Shown: positions 24,395 through 37,153, counted from the whole stretch's first letter. The stretch: 63,992 nucleotides of DNA, filler included, from Chiloscyllium plagiosum (GCF_004010195.1; 4 parts of one record of this genome joined end to end with filler, not necessarily neighbours in it), one strand, 5' to 3'. Numbers and translations: made by a program. Notes: generated by a model from the letters alone, not told the origin.

Positions 24395-24705
24395 GGGCGG
24401 TACAGTGGCACAGTGGTTAGCACTGCTGCCTCACAGCACTGGAGACCTGGGTTCAATTTCTGCCTCAGGTGACTGTCTGTGTGGAGTTTGCATGTTCTCC
24501 CCGTGTCTGTGTGGGTTTCCTCCGGGTGCTCTGGTTTCCTCCCACAGTCCAAAAATGTGCAGGTGAGGTGAATTGGCCATGCTAAATTGCCCGTAGTGAT
24601 AGGTGAAGGGGTAAATGTAGAGAAATGGGTCTGGGTGGGTTGCTCCTCGGAGGGTCGGTGTGGACTTATTGGGCCTGTTTCCACACTGTAAGTAATCTAA
24701 TCTAA
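24395..24705 (+). mobile_element. HE1-type SINE
   Basis: Full head, body and taatctaatcta tail. Confidence 0.92.
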
Positions 24706-24959
24706 GAGAAACTGATGATGAAATGATTAAATTGCTCAAAAAAAAAGAGAAATGTTTAGCAAATCAAAGGGGGAGCCCAGCTTCTTTCTGCAGTGTTCCC
24801 TCGAAAATCGTTAACATTGCAGATGAGTGTAAAAGGTTTGAGATGCAGTTGCTGCGTTAGCCTCACTGGAAATGAAACTTTGCTGCATTACTGAAAAAGA
24901 CACTTTCTGTTTTTTTTGTTGTTCTGTATGCATCAGGACACGTTCCTGAGTGTGCAAAG

Positions 24960-25957
24960 AATTCCACTGACAACCAATTCTGGATTGCCAGTTGGCTCGC
25001 TGTGTTGTGCACTTGTGTGTCCTGGGAACACTACCCCCACTCCCCCCCCAACCCCCAGCCCCCGTACATTGATACAGAAGGCTGTGTTCTTCACAGACAG
25101 AAAGAACATGTACACACACACTTTCATTTAAAGCAGGCAACAGCCATTCTCTGGTTTATTCCTCAGAGTAACACTTTGACCAATCTGCCAGTTTAAATTT
25201 AGCAAAGCTTGGCAGTTGACTATCAGTCATCATCTAACTGGTGCACTCTCCATGTCAATGCCTCTCCAATCAAGAGTCCAGATGACAACCAATTAGCATT
25301 CTCCTCTCATACAGTATAAATGTTTGTTTTCCCATTCAGTTGGTGTTCTTGCAAAGTATCCTGATGAATGCACCACAAAATGTTTCTTTTCTCAGCAATA
25401 TTCAAGTTCTGCATTACCAAATTAGAATTTGCAACATCCTAGGTTGAAAATATAATTGTCACAAATAAAAAAACAGGAAGTGGTGAGGGTAGGTGGAACT
25501 CAGACATAAGGGTTATGAGGGGGAAGAAGCAGGCAACAGATAGCAGAGAGTAAATCCATGTGAGGAAGACTGTTTAATAGTAAGGCAGAGAAAGGGAGGG
25601 CAAGCAGAAGAACTGGCAGAGATACTTCTCCTGCATCCACTGAAGGCGTAACACCTGCCCATTTACTGCCCCCCTCCTCAGTATCCAAGGGTCCAAGGGC
25701 TCAGGCTTGGAGGGCCGAAGGACCTGTTCCTGGGCTGTAAATTTTCTTTGTATACCTTCCAGATGAAGCAGCACTTTACCTCCTCTTAACTCAATCTAGT
25801 CTACTGTACTCGCTGCTCACGATGTGACCTTCTCTACACTGGGGAAATGAAGGGTAGACTGAGTGACCACGTTGCAGAACATCTATGTACCGCCTGTAAA
25901 AACGACTCTGAGCTTCCAGTTGCCTGCCACTTTAACACCCGACCATGTTCCCTGGCC
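24960..25957 (+). mobile_element. Two decayed Penelope-like 3' fragments (GIY-YIG region)
   Basis: YIDTEGCVLHRQKEHVHT at about 25065; NLVYCTRCSRCDLLYTGEMKGRLSDHVAEHL at about 25790-25890. Confidence 0.7.
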
Positions 25958-26700
25958 GATATCATCCAGAATTGCCTTCTCCCTGGTTGGCTCCAGCACC
26001 AGCTGTTCTAAGAATCCATCTCGGAGGCACTCCACAGAGTCTCTTTCTTGAGGTCCAATACCATCCTGATTCTCCCAGTCCACCTGCACGTTGAAATCCC
26101 CCATAACAACTGTAGTAACATCTTTGCGACATGCTAATTTCAGTTCCTGATTCAACTTACATCCGACATCCAGACTACTGTTTGGAGGCCTGTAGATAAC
26201 TCCCAAGAGGGTCTTTTTACCCTTAGAATTTCTCAGCTCTATCCAAACTGACTCTACATCCCCTGATTCTAGGTACTCCCGCGCAAGGGACTGAATATCA
26301 TTCCTTACCAACATGGCCACCCCACCCCCCTCTGCCTGTCAGTCTGTCCTTATGATAGCACATGTAGCCTTGAATATTCATTTCCCAGGCCCTGTCCACT
26401 TGAAGCCACGTCTCAGTTATCCCCACAATATCGTATCTGCCAATTTCCAAAAGAGCATCAAGCTCATCCATCTTATTTCTAATGCTTCGTGCATTCATAT
26501 GTAGTATTTTAATTTGTTACTGCCCTCACCCTTCCCATCAACTCCTATTTCACTCAACCTTACAGCATGATCCCTTTTTGAGTTTTCTGCTTCATTGATA
26601 CAGTTGTCTTTCTTGACTTCCCTTGTTCTAACTTCCCTTCAATTTCCTTCTTAAACATCCAGTTTGTCCCCTCCCCCCTGCTACTTAGTTTAAACATAGC
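25958..26700 (-). mobile_element. CR1 ORF2 endonuclease (well preserved)
   Basis: NARSIRNKMDEL...GITETWL...IYRPPN...MGDFN...EPTREKAILD. Confidence 0.93.
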
Positions 26701-26745
26701 AGAAAGATCTCGTTCTCTCAGATGAGCCTAAGGTCCTCGAGGAAG

Positions 26746-28630
26746 GTCAAGAGGAAGAAGAAGGCTTATGTGAGCATGAGGCATGAAGGCTCAGTTCATG
26801 GGCTTGAGTGTTATAACTTAGCCAGAAAAGATCTAAAGAGAGGGCTAAGGAGAGCCAGGAGCGGACATGAGAAGTTGTTGGCTGATAGGATCAAGGAAAA
26901 CCTTAAGGCCTTCTATAGGTATATCAGGAATAAAAGAATGACTACAGTAAGATTAGGGCCAAAGATAGTAGAACATAGAACATAGAACATAGAAGAATAC
27001 AGCGCAGTACAGGCCCTTGGGCCCTCGATGTTGCGCCGATCGCTACAAGATTAGATGGGATTGAGGTTGACAAAGAGGAGGTTTTAGCAATTTTGGAATA
27101 TCTGAAGATGGATAAGACCTCTGGACCGGATGGGAATTATCCTCGGATTATCTGGGAAGCCAGGAGGAGATTGCAGAGCCTTTGGCTTTGATCTTTATGT
27201 CATCATTGTCGACAGGAGTAGTGCCAGAAGACTGGAGGATAGCAAATGCTCCCTTGTTTAAGTAGGGGAGTTGGGACAGCCCTGGTAAATATAGGCCAGT
27301 GAGTCTTACTTCAGTTGTGGGTAAGGTATTGGAAAAGGCTATAAGAGATAGGATTTATAATAATCTGGAAAGGAATAATTTGATTATGGATAGTCAACAC
27401 GGTTTTGTGAAGGGTAGGTCATGCCTCACTAACCTTATTGAGTTATTCAAGAAGGTGACAAAACATGTGGATGAAGATAAAGCAATTGATGTGGTGCATC
27501 TGGACTTCAGTAAGGCGTTTGATAAGGTTCCACATGGTAGGCTATTGCACAAAATATGGAGTTTTGGGATTGAAAGTGATGTCACTATTTGGATCAGAAA
27601 TTGACTTGGAAGAAGACAGAGGGTGGTGGTTGATGGGAAATGTTCATCCTGGAGCTCAGTTACCAGTGGTGTGCTGCAAGGATCTGTTTGGGACCACTGC
27701 TGTTTATCATTTTCATAAATGGTCTGGATGTGAGTATAGAAGGATGGATTAGTAAATTTGTGGATGACTAATGGTAGGCAGAGTTGTGGATAATGCCAAA
27801 AGATGTTGTGGGTTACAGAGTGTCATAGATAAGATGCTGAGCTGGGCTGAGAAGCAGCAAATGGAGTTTAATGTGGAAAAATGTGGGGTAGTTTGCTTTG
27901 GAAGATATAACAGGAATGGTAAAATTCTTGGCAGTGTAGATAAACAGAGAAATCTCGCTGTCCAGGAGCATAAATCCCTGAAAGTTGCCACCCAGGTTGA
28001 AAGGATTGCTAAGAAGGCATACAGTGTGTTGCCGTTTGTTGGTAGGGCGATTGAGTTTCAGAGCCATGAGGTCATGCTTCAGTTGTGCAAGCCACTGGTA
28101 AGGCCACACCTGGAGTATTGCGTGCAGTTCTGGTGGAAGCTTTGGAAAGGGTTCAAAGGAGATTTACTAGGATGTTGCCAAGTATGGAAGGAAGGTCTTA
28201 CAAGGAAAGGCTGAGGGAACTGAGGCTGTTTTCATTGGAGAGAAGAAGGTTGAGAGGTGACTTAATCGAGATATATAAGATAATCAGAGGGTTAGATAGG
28301 GTGGACAGTGAGAGCCTTTTTCCTCGAATGGTGAAGGCTAACACAAGAGGACATTGCTTTAAATTTAGAGATGCTAGACTTCGGACAGATATCAGGACAG
28401 ATATCAGGGGTAGTTTCTTCATTCAGAGAGTAGTAGGGGCGTGGAACGGCCTGCCTGCAAAAGTAGTAGACTCGCCGACGTTAAGGGCATTTAAATGGGC
28501 ATTGGACATACATATGGATAATAATGGAACGTTGTAGGTTGGATGGGCATCAGATTATTTTCACAGGTTGTTGCAACATCGAGGGCTGAAGGGCTTGTAC
28601 TGCACTGAAACATTCTATGTTCTATGTTCT
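26746..28630 (+). mobile_element. Long CR1 LINE, 3' part (RT and tail); continuation of 21750-23659
   Basis: Resumes at gtcaagaggaagaag; SQHGFVKGRSCLTNL, LDFSKAFDKVPH; ttctatg tail. A small minus-strand CR1 tail is inserted at about 26965-27041. Confidence 0.92.
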
Positions 28631-31159
28631 TAACAGGATAGTGGCACGTGATCAGCCCAATCATCATGAATGGCAGAGCTGGCTTAAGAAGCTAGTCCTG
28701 CTTCTATTTCTTTCGATCTAGTGTCCTTGAAACACAGCTCCTTTCTTGCTGGTCGCATTGAGTTCTCCGAGAAAGTCACATATCACCATTTTCATAAATG
28801 ACTTCAGTATTCTGGTGATACAAAGACATGTCACAATTCAGATAGAAGGTGAATGATAGACCACTCAAGCCTATCCTTTTATTGACATAATAAGTGTTTA
28901 TTTAGAAAGACATTTCCAACCAACAGCACCACTTTCAGCCCTGCTTTGATTTGCATGAGCCTTCAGTTAATGCCCAACCTTGGAATATATTCAATCTACA
29001 TCTGTTTTTAATAAACAAGAAATGCTCTGGAATTAGTTCAAATAACTAATGAACAGGCCAGATTAGGTATATTGAGGAATGAGGTCATGATGACAGATAT
29101 CCTCCAGATTAAGATACATTTTGTCTTCTTATCTCTTAGGATTGATTGTAGATCTTAGGGAAATAGATTCTGGGTTGCCTGTGATTGAAAGGGATTGATA
29201 ACAAGGGAGCACAATAAAAAGTTAAGGTAGATACCAGTGTTTCTTCTGACATGTGGCATGAGCTAACTATGAATTCCTCATGACTGTTCAAAAGACAATT
29301 GAATCATTTGCAAGAGATGGCTAGAAGGTCATTTGGGTTAGTGTTAATTACAATAGAATCATAACAGTGATGAAAGAGGCTATTCAGCCCATTAAGTACA
29401 CACCATTAATACATCAATGAGTCGGTGCTCATTACTCATGAACTCATGCAATCTCCTAGAGCTGATCAAGTTAACTTTGGCCATCAAAAAAAATTTTCAA
29501 ATGTTTTTAAAACTGGCCTCAGGCTTATTACCTGACAGAGAGAGTTTGGAGAGCTTTGGGTCTGTTGATGCTTCATATTTGGATGGGGGTTTATGATTTT
29601 TGTAAATTTGCTTTTCTAAAACATTTTACAAAAAACTTTTTGGTTAATTCTATTCCATCTAAGATTATAACGACTCACTGGTATCTGTGTTTGATTCTAT
29701 TGCTCCAACTTGGTAACCTAGAATGTCTGGCTGTTTTAAATTATGTGTTTGCTTATATTCTGTACAAAAGGGCTGAGAACATCTTGCTTTACATAGTGCT
29801 AATATTGATGGACATAGTCCAAGGCAAGTTTATGATTGGCTGAATTTTTTTCTTTGTAATTGCAATTTGAGGTGTTTTAATGTCTCTTAATTGGAGTTCT
29901 CAGCTCATATACTGGATTAGTGCTCTCTTTCCATTGGTTGGCTAGCCATTTGGAAGGCAAATCTCATTATTTGCAGACTGAAAAAAAAGTTTGCAAACCA
30001 CAATGAGCAAGTTCTGCCTAAATTCCATAAGAACCCACAGTTAATCCTCAAACAACACAACAGCAATCTCTGGCCTATACAAAGATTATAATGTCACAGA
30101 AGGGAATGCTAATTGCTAGTTTTAAAAGTTCCTTTTTCATCCACCATATTGTTCAGTAATCAAGATAAATCAGCTGATGTCAGCAAATGCGTGTGGGCTT
30201 TTTTCAACTTGCAGTAATACTGTTTAAGCTCATTCACAATTTCATAGCAAGATTATAAAACTGCAAAGCAAACAATTTTTCTTTCATGTTGATTGACGTT
30301 TTGACATTGATACTTGTTAGTAATATTTTTATAAGCATGAAACAAAGCAACAAGCAAACAAACACATAGTTCCTCCAGCTCTTGCACTTGCCCCTGGTCA
30401 CAAGCTCAGAAATTACTGTTGGTGACAGCAGCGAACAAACGCTGAATGCATTCACATGATACTCCCAACTCTCTCACTTTAACGAGGGATTCATTACTTA
30501 AACACACACAATACTCCTGTTAAAATAAAGGATGGAGGAATGTTGCAAGAACATGTAAAGTTTTGATCTGTTATTATTACTGACGGTAAGGTCCAGCCAC
30601 AATCTCAGCACTTATCTTTCTACAACTCTGAAAGTAAATCTCTCTTCATCAATCAGCATTACAGACTAACCCTAGGGGGAAACAAAACTCCTTGGTTCTA
30701 CACATCTCAAAGTAGTTTAACGGCACAGATTGATGTGTATAGTATGTAAGTTGATATGTTTGCTATATTATAAGGGATAATTAGAATTCAAGAAATAACA
30801 GCAGGAGTAGGCTATTCAGCTCCTTAAGCCTGTCCCACCATTCCATAAAATCAGAGGCTAATTATAATCTTATTGAGAGGTGGAACAAGCGCAAGGGATT
30901 GAATGGCCTATTTTTGCTCCTGATTCAAATGTTCATGTCTAGGACTGAGATGCAGAAAGATTTCTTCACTCTGAGTTGTAAATCTTTAAAAATATCTACA
31001 TGATAGGGTTGTGAATGTCCCAAAGTTGAACAGATTTCAGGTTTAGATAGATTGATATTTGAACTCGAGTGAATCAATGGAGAGGGGTGGGGAAGTAAAT
31101 GTGAGGCAGAAGATTAGCCATGATCATACTGAATGGGCAAGTCGGCTTAATGGTCTACG

Positions 31160-31457
31160 ATTGGATTAAATTCCCTACAGCATGGTAACAGGTCCTTCAG
31201 CCCAACAAGTCCACACCGAACCTCCAAACAGCAACTGACGCAGGCCCATTTACCCTTGACTAACGTACCTAACACAGTGGGCAATTTAGCATGGCCAATT
31301 CACCTAACCTGCACTTTTTTGGATTGTGGGAGGAAACCCACGCAGACACAGGGAGAACGTGCAAACTCCACACCGACAGTCACCCAAGGTGGGAATCGAA
31401 CCCGGGTCTCTGGCACTGTGAGGCAGCAGTGCTAACCACTGAGCCACCATGTCACCC
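31160..31457 (-). mobile_element. HE1-type SINE (old CR1 fragments at about 30780-31140 precede it)
   Basis: SINE head, body and tail. Confidence 0.9.
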
Positions 31458-31744
31458 CATGGTCTCAGGAAACAAAAATGTCAGGGGAAGAAGTAAAAAC
31501 AGTGATAGCAGCAGAAGGATAAGAGATGATGGGTCAGTACTGGTGCATATTTTACTTTTACATCAAATCAGAGAGAAATACTAAATTTATTTCAGGTTAG
31601 CTGAGATAATGGTCTAATAAATAAAAACATTTAGAATAAGAATAAAAAGTGTGGGAGAAACTCAGCAGGTCTGACGGTATCTGTGGAGTGAGAAACAGAA
31701 TTAACAATTTGAGTCCAAATGACTTCTTCAGAACAATGCTACCA

Positions 31745-32037
31745 AATCCTTAGAATACCTACCATGTAGAAACAGACCATTAAGCCCATCAAGTCCACAG
31801 TAATCCTCAAAAGAGTATCCCACCCAGACCCACTCCCCCAACCCCCCATCCCTGCATTTCCCATGACCAATCCACCTAACCTGCACATCTTTGGACTGGG
31901 AGTAAACCAGACCACCTGGAGGAGTTGACAGGGAGAGCACGTCAAGTCCACATAGATATCGCCCAAGGGTGGAATTGGACCCAGGTCCCTGGCACTGTGA
32001 GGCAGCAGTGCCAACTACTCAACCGCTGTGCCACCCA
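31745..32037 (-). mobile_element. HE1-related SINE, older
   Basis: ggcactgtgaggcagcagtgc head; cctaacctgcacatctttggactg body. Confidence 0.85.
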
Positions 32038-33727
32038 ATCCCCTCAGTTTCTTCAGCATTTGCTGCTTGCAGGACTTTGCTTTTAAAACACACTTTTCCA
32101 GGGTAATGGCATTTACCCATGGTAATGGCAGGGGAATATTTTCCAGGGTAATGGCATTTAGTGCAAGTTAATTTGTGCGAAAAGAAAACATAAGACAAAA
32201 AAAGTAGATATGAATAATTTCGACTAAAATATAGCAGAGATGGTTTCCATGTGCTTGGACTGTTGTCTGTGAGGTTGTCCTGAGTGAACACATCTGCAGT
32301 AGATGTCTGTTTCAAATCTCAAAGGTTTGAGTCATTGAACTAGTGAGTGAATGCATGGGAAAGTGGATTTAAATCAGAAACTCAGCCTTGATCAGAGTGA
32401 ATAGGGGAGCAAGATTGAGGGAAGAATATATACTGCTACTGCACTTTCTTATGTGAAGTGAGTGTAACATTCTCTGGATAGTTGCTTCGGACTTTAGTCA
32501 CATCACAGAGAGGTGTAGGTTCAGAATGGGCTCAATGTGACTGATGGAATGCAGAGTAAAGGGAACACAGGTGAAAACGATAGGAAATAAAAATGTAAAA
32601 GTCAGATCCTAACAGCTACAATGTACTTGTTACTTATCCATGCAGTGGGGCCTGGTCTCCAATCGTTTCAGCTATATCAGCCATTGGACATAGACCTGGC
32701 TCCACCAGGATTATGCAACATGAAGTTTTGAACCTCATCAGTGGATGCACCACAAGTCCAATATGCATGGAGAAACAAGTCACGCAAGACTGTGTCATCA
32801 CACCAATGCTCTTCCTGGCAGCTACAGCTGAAGGTTCTGGCTAGAAAGAGCTTTCCTACAGGACAATAGGGAAATTGTTTAATCTGCATCACTCTCAGTG
32901 CAGAACCAAGACAGTCCCAAACTCTCATCGAAATGCACTACACAGATGGTGCTTGCATGTGCACACACTCAGAGGCCAAGGTCCAAACCATTGTAGACAC
33001 ACTCATAGAAGTGTACAAAAGAATGTACCGTGGGTAAACATCCAGAAGATAAAGGTACATAAAAACAATGACTGCAGATGCTGGAAACCAGATTCTGGAT
33101 GAGAGTGGTGCTGGAAAATCACAGCAGTTCAGGCAGTATCCGAGGAGCAGGAAAATCGATGTTTCGGGCAAAAGCCCTCCATCAGGAATACAGGCAGAGT
33201 GCCTGAAGGGTGGAGAGATAAATGAGAGGACGATAGGGGTGGGGAGAAAGCATAGAGTACAATAGGTGAATGAGGGTGGGGATGAAGGTGATAGATCGGG
33301 GAGGAGGGTGGGGGGAGGTAGCAAAAAGTACAATGGGTGGATGGGGTGGGATGAAGGTAATAGATCAGAGAGGAGGATGGAGTGGATAGGTGCCCTTGGG
33401 ACATTAACCGCCTTAACCTCTCTACCCCCCTTCCCCGCTCCAACCTCTCACCCTCACAATGTGCTGCCCTCCACTCCCTCTGCTCCAATCCCGACCTCAC
33501 CATCAAGCCAGCAGATAAAGGGGGCGCAGTGGTAGTCTGGCGCACTGACCTCTACACCAGACGCCAACTCTAGGACACCTCCTCCTACCGCCCCCTCGAC
33601 CATGACCCCATCCCCCATCACCAAACCATCACCTCCCAGACCATACAGAACCTCATCACCTCAGGAGATCTCCCACCCACAGCTTCCAACCTCACAGTCC
33701 GGGAACCCCGCACTGCCCGGTTCTACC

Positions 33728-33827
33728 NNNNNNNNNNNNNNNNNNNNNNNNNNNNNNNNNNNNNNNNNNNNTTAATTAATTAANNNNNNNNNNNNNNNNN
33801 NNNNNNNNNNNNNNNNNNNNNNNNNNN
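33728..33827. other. 100-nt scaffold spacer with TTAATTAATTAA
   Basis: As at 17686. Confidence 0.97.
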
Positions 33828-33996
33828 TCATCCCACCCCCATCCACCCATTGTACTCTTTGCTACCTTCCCCCACCCTCCTCCCTGACCTAGCACCTTCA
33901 TCTCCACCCCTACTCACCTATTGTACTCTATGCTACTTTCTCCCCACCCCCAGCCTCCTCTCATTTATCTCTCCACCCTTCAGGCACTCTGCCTGT

Positions 33997-34032
33997 ATTC
34001 CTGATGAAGGGCTTTTGCCCGAAACGTCGATT
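33997..34032 (+). ncRNA. Minimal hammerhead motif in PLE pseudo-LTR
   Basis: AUUC-CUGAUGA-A-GGGC uuuu GCCC-GAAA-CGUC-GAUU. Confidence 0.65.
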
Positions 34033-35014
34033 TTCCTGCTCCTCGGATGCTGCCTGAACTGCTGTGCTTTTTCAGCACCACTCTAATCCAGAATCCACAA
34101 GATAAAGGTCCTCTACCATCTTATACAACACTGTTCACCCACTATCAAAGATCCACAGAGAGCCACTGGACAATGTGAATCAATTGGGAGCCTCATTGAA
34201 GAAGGGGAGACTTTGATAACAAACTCACACATCCTACAGGCACATGGCAAACTTCTTTACTATATCTTGGTCTAAGTTATATGTATGTATTTTTTGTATT
34301 GTAAGTATTTTGATAATGAAATTCCACATTGACTCCAGTGCACTTGTGTAGCTTTTAGCCATCTGAGGAACACATGCTTGATGTCTTAACATCAAGCTCC
34401 TAGTTTACACGGAGTACCCTTGCCTGCCCTTTAAGTATGCATGAAAAGACATGGACAATGTACAGCAGACATCTCAAACCTCTAGAGGAGCATCACCAAC
34501 TCCCATGAAAGCCTGCAAATCCACTGGCAGGATACACAATCCAATATCTCTCAAGCCAACATCGCCAGCATCAAGTTACTGGTTACTGCTGATTAACTAC
34601 ATTGAGTGGGCCATATGTTTACATGCCTGATACAAAACTGCCAAAATCGGCTTTCTATTAGATTCTCCATCACGGAAAGTGGTTATCAAAAGGGCGCAGG
34701 AAACACTTCAAGGATGTCTTCAAACATTGCTTGAAAAATTGTAATGTCCCCATGAACTGGTGGGAATCTCTTGCCAAAGACTACCGAATGTTGACAAGAA
34801 ACATCTGCAAAGTGCCAACCATCTAGAGTGTCTCTAACAGGTCCTGGTGGAGGCCAAGTGCAAACACCAGCAAGTGAATGTGAAAACCCAAGCATTGCAC
34901 CCAACCATCTCTTCAATCACTACCTGCTCTACCTGAGGCAGGATGTGTGAGACCAGCACTGGGCTGGTTACTGGAAAAAGTTCATTCTCAGTTTCAAAGA
35001 GCTGCTGTAGCTGC

Positions 35015-35333
35015 TGGGCAGCATGGTGGCACAGCGGTTAGCACTGCTGCCTCACAGTGCCAGAGACCTGGGTTCAGTTCCCTCCTCAGGCGAAAAAACT
35101 GTGTGGAGTTTGCACATTCTCCCAGTGTCTACGTGGGTTTCCTCCAGGTGCTCCGGTATCCTCCCACAATCCAAAAATGTGCAGGTTAGGTGAATTGGCC
35201 ATGCTAAATTGCCCGTAGTGTTAGGTGAAGGGGTAAATGTAGGGGAATGGTCTGGGTGGGTTGCACTTTGGTGGGCCGGTGTGGACTTGTTGGGCTGAAG
35301 GGCCTGTTTCCACACTGTAAGTAATCTAATCTA
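35015..35333 (+). mobile_element. HE1-type SINE
   Basis: Full length with taatctaatcta tail. Confidence 0.92.
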
Positions 35334-35439
35334 AAAAAAAAGATAAAGACCTATGTGCATAAAAACTGTCAGAAGGAAAATTAGAATATTGATCATGGTA
35401 CCTTGGAGACCAAATTGTGGTGGAATATGAAGGGAGATG

Positions 35440-36400
35440 TGTCCTTCTTCTTCTGAGATCGTCCTTTAGGATTGTGGATGAGTTGCTTCCACTCCAGTTT
35501 GATGGCTCTGAGATAGCTGATAAGTGTAATGAGTGATCTGCAGATGGATCCCACTTGTAGGACAGGTTAGTCACTGGGGTGTTTGGAGGCTTGTGTTCCC
35601 CTCTGACGCCTTGTCTTTTGCCTCTGCACATTTCTACCACTGTGTTCAGTGACTTCTAGAATGAAGCTTTTCCATTTTTGAAGGTCAGTAGGCTGGGACC
35701 CCCTGAGTTGTTGGGAATGTTTAACCTCTTCAAGAGTCCTTTGAGGATATCCCTAAAGTATTTCCTATATACTCCTAGAAGTACCCTATCATGACAGGGT
35801 TTCGAGTAAAGTAAGGGCACAATGGCTCAGTGGTTAGCACTGCTGCTTCACAGCACCAGGGATCCAGGTTCGGTTCCAGCCTCGGGCGACTGTCTGTGTG
35901 GAGTTTGCAGATTCTCCCCGTGTCTGCGTGGGTTTCCTCTGGGTGCTCCGGTTGTCTCCCACATTTCAAAGATGTGCAGGTTAGGGTAGATTGGCCACAC
36001 TAAATTGCTCGGGGATTCATCTAATTACGTAATGTAATTAGGTATATTAGTCAGGGGTAAAAACAGGTTGGGGAATGGGTCACTCTTCAGAGGATTGGTG
36101 TGGACTTGTTGGGCTGAAGGGCCTGTTTCCAGACTGTAGGGACTCTAATTCAAATTCTGGTGTCTCCTCTCAGGGATATGGATGATATATTCCTCCCAGT
36201 AGAGCTGGTTTTGAGTTATTAGCACCTTGATGCTGGGTCAATTGGCTTAAGAAAGGATGCTGTTATTGTGTTGTCTTTGTGGAATCTGTAGGAGGAACTG
36301 CTGGTGGTACATCTCCAGAATTTTGAGGTGCATGTTGTAGGTTGACCAAGTCTTTGAAGGATATAGGTACCTGAGCATTGCTGCTCTCTGATAACTATAA
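35440..36400 (-). mobile_element. RTE-clade LINE 3' remnant interrupted by an HE1 SINE (+, 35815-36150)
   Basis: Minus strand RKYFRDILKGLLK motif and PSIKVLITQNQLYW; SINE head agtggttagcactgctgc at about 35830. Confidence 0.65.
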
Positions 36401-36421
36401 CCTTGGTCTCAAGAAGCATAA

Positions 36422-36629
36422 GTTGAAACTTTATTGCTGGAACAGCACAGCAGGTCAGGCAGCATCCAGGGAACAGGAAATTCGACGTTTCGGGCACAGG
36501 CCCTTCTTCAGGAAGGCCTGTGCCCGAAACGTCGAATCTCCTGTTCCCTGGATGCTGCCTGACCTGCTGTGCTGTTCCAGCAATAAAGTTTCAACTTTGA
36601 TCTCCAGCATCTGCAGACCTCACTTTCTC
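36422..36629. mobile_element. Fold-back PLE pseudo-LTR insertion with 14-bp TSD
   Basis: Arms 36420-36502 and 36515-36597 with one mismatch; ctcaagaagcataa at 36408-36421 and 36630-36643. Confidence 0.9.
36481..36514 (-). ncRNA. Minimal hammerhead motif
   Basis: UUC-CUGAAGA-A-GGGC cugu GCCC-GAAA-CGUC-GAA. Confidence 0.65.
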
Positions 36630-36759
36630 CTCAAGAAGCATAAAGACCATTAGACAGATAAGCAGAATTAGGCCATTCAGCCCATCAAGTCTACTCTGCT
36701 ATTCAATGAGGTCATGGGTCAGATGTATGTCTTTCAAAAATTAAGGAGACAGATAACAT

Positions 36760-37140
36760 CCTTTGTAATCAGGATTAAGAGTCTCACGTGGTATCTTGTC
36801 TTCCTGGTGCCAGAGTGAGGGACATCCTTAATCAATTTGAAAGGGTATTGAAGAAAAGAAGAATGATGATCGAATCATTGTCACTCATGTTGAGACTAAT
36901 GATGTTGGGAAAAATAGACAAGATATTTTGTGTGGAGAGTACTTGGATCTCTAAGGTAAATCCAGATAGATCCCAATTGTGACAATTTATTGATTATTAT
37001 CAATGCACATGCATCCTACTAATCTGCAATAAGTAGATCAAGGATGTAAATGTTTGCATAAAGGAGTAATATGTGAAAGAGGGGCTCTGTTTCTTGAGAC
37101 ACTGACACCTCCATTGGGACAAGAAGGAACAATACTATTG
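36760..37140 (+). mobile_element. CR1 ORF1 esterase remnant
   Basis: VSCLPGARVRDI...HVETNDVG. Confidence 0.75.
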
Positions 37141-37153
37141 TGGGACTCTGGCA

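Larger units (their letters stand above)
33057..34092 (+). mobile_element. Penelope-like element with inverted 5' pseudo-LTR, ORF, gap and 3' pseudo-LTR
   Basis: IKPADKGGAVVVW PLE motif; 33085-33390 is the reverse complement of 33828-34092; 17-bp flanking duplication atcca(g/c)aagataaaggt. Confidence 0.9.
32860..34990 (+). mobile_element. RTE-clade LINE remnant split by a Penelope insertion
   Basis: GKLFNL...HYTDG (degenerate YADD) before 33056; TWTMYSRHLKPLE, MPDTKLPK and GRRKHFKD after 34110. Confidence 0.75.

Noticed and set aside
24395..24470. tRNA genes at the heads of HE1-like copies
   Set aside because: Each continues into a SINE body and CR1-derived tail; they are SINE heads.
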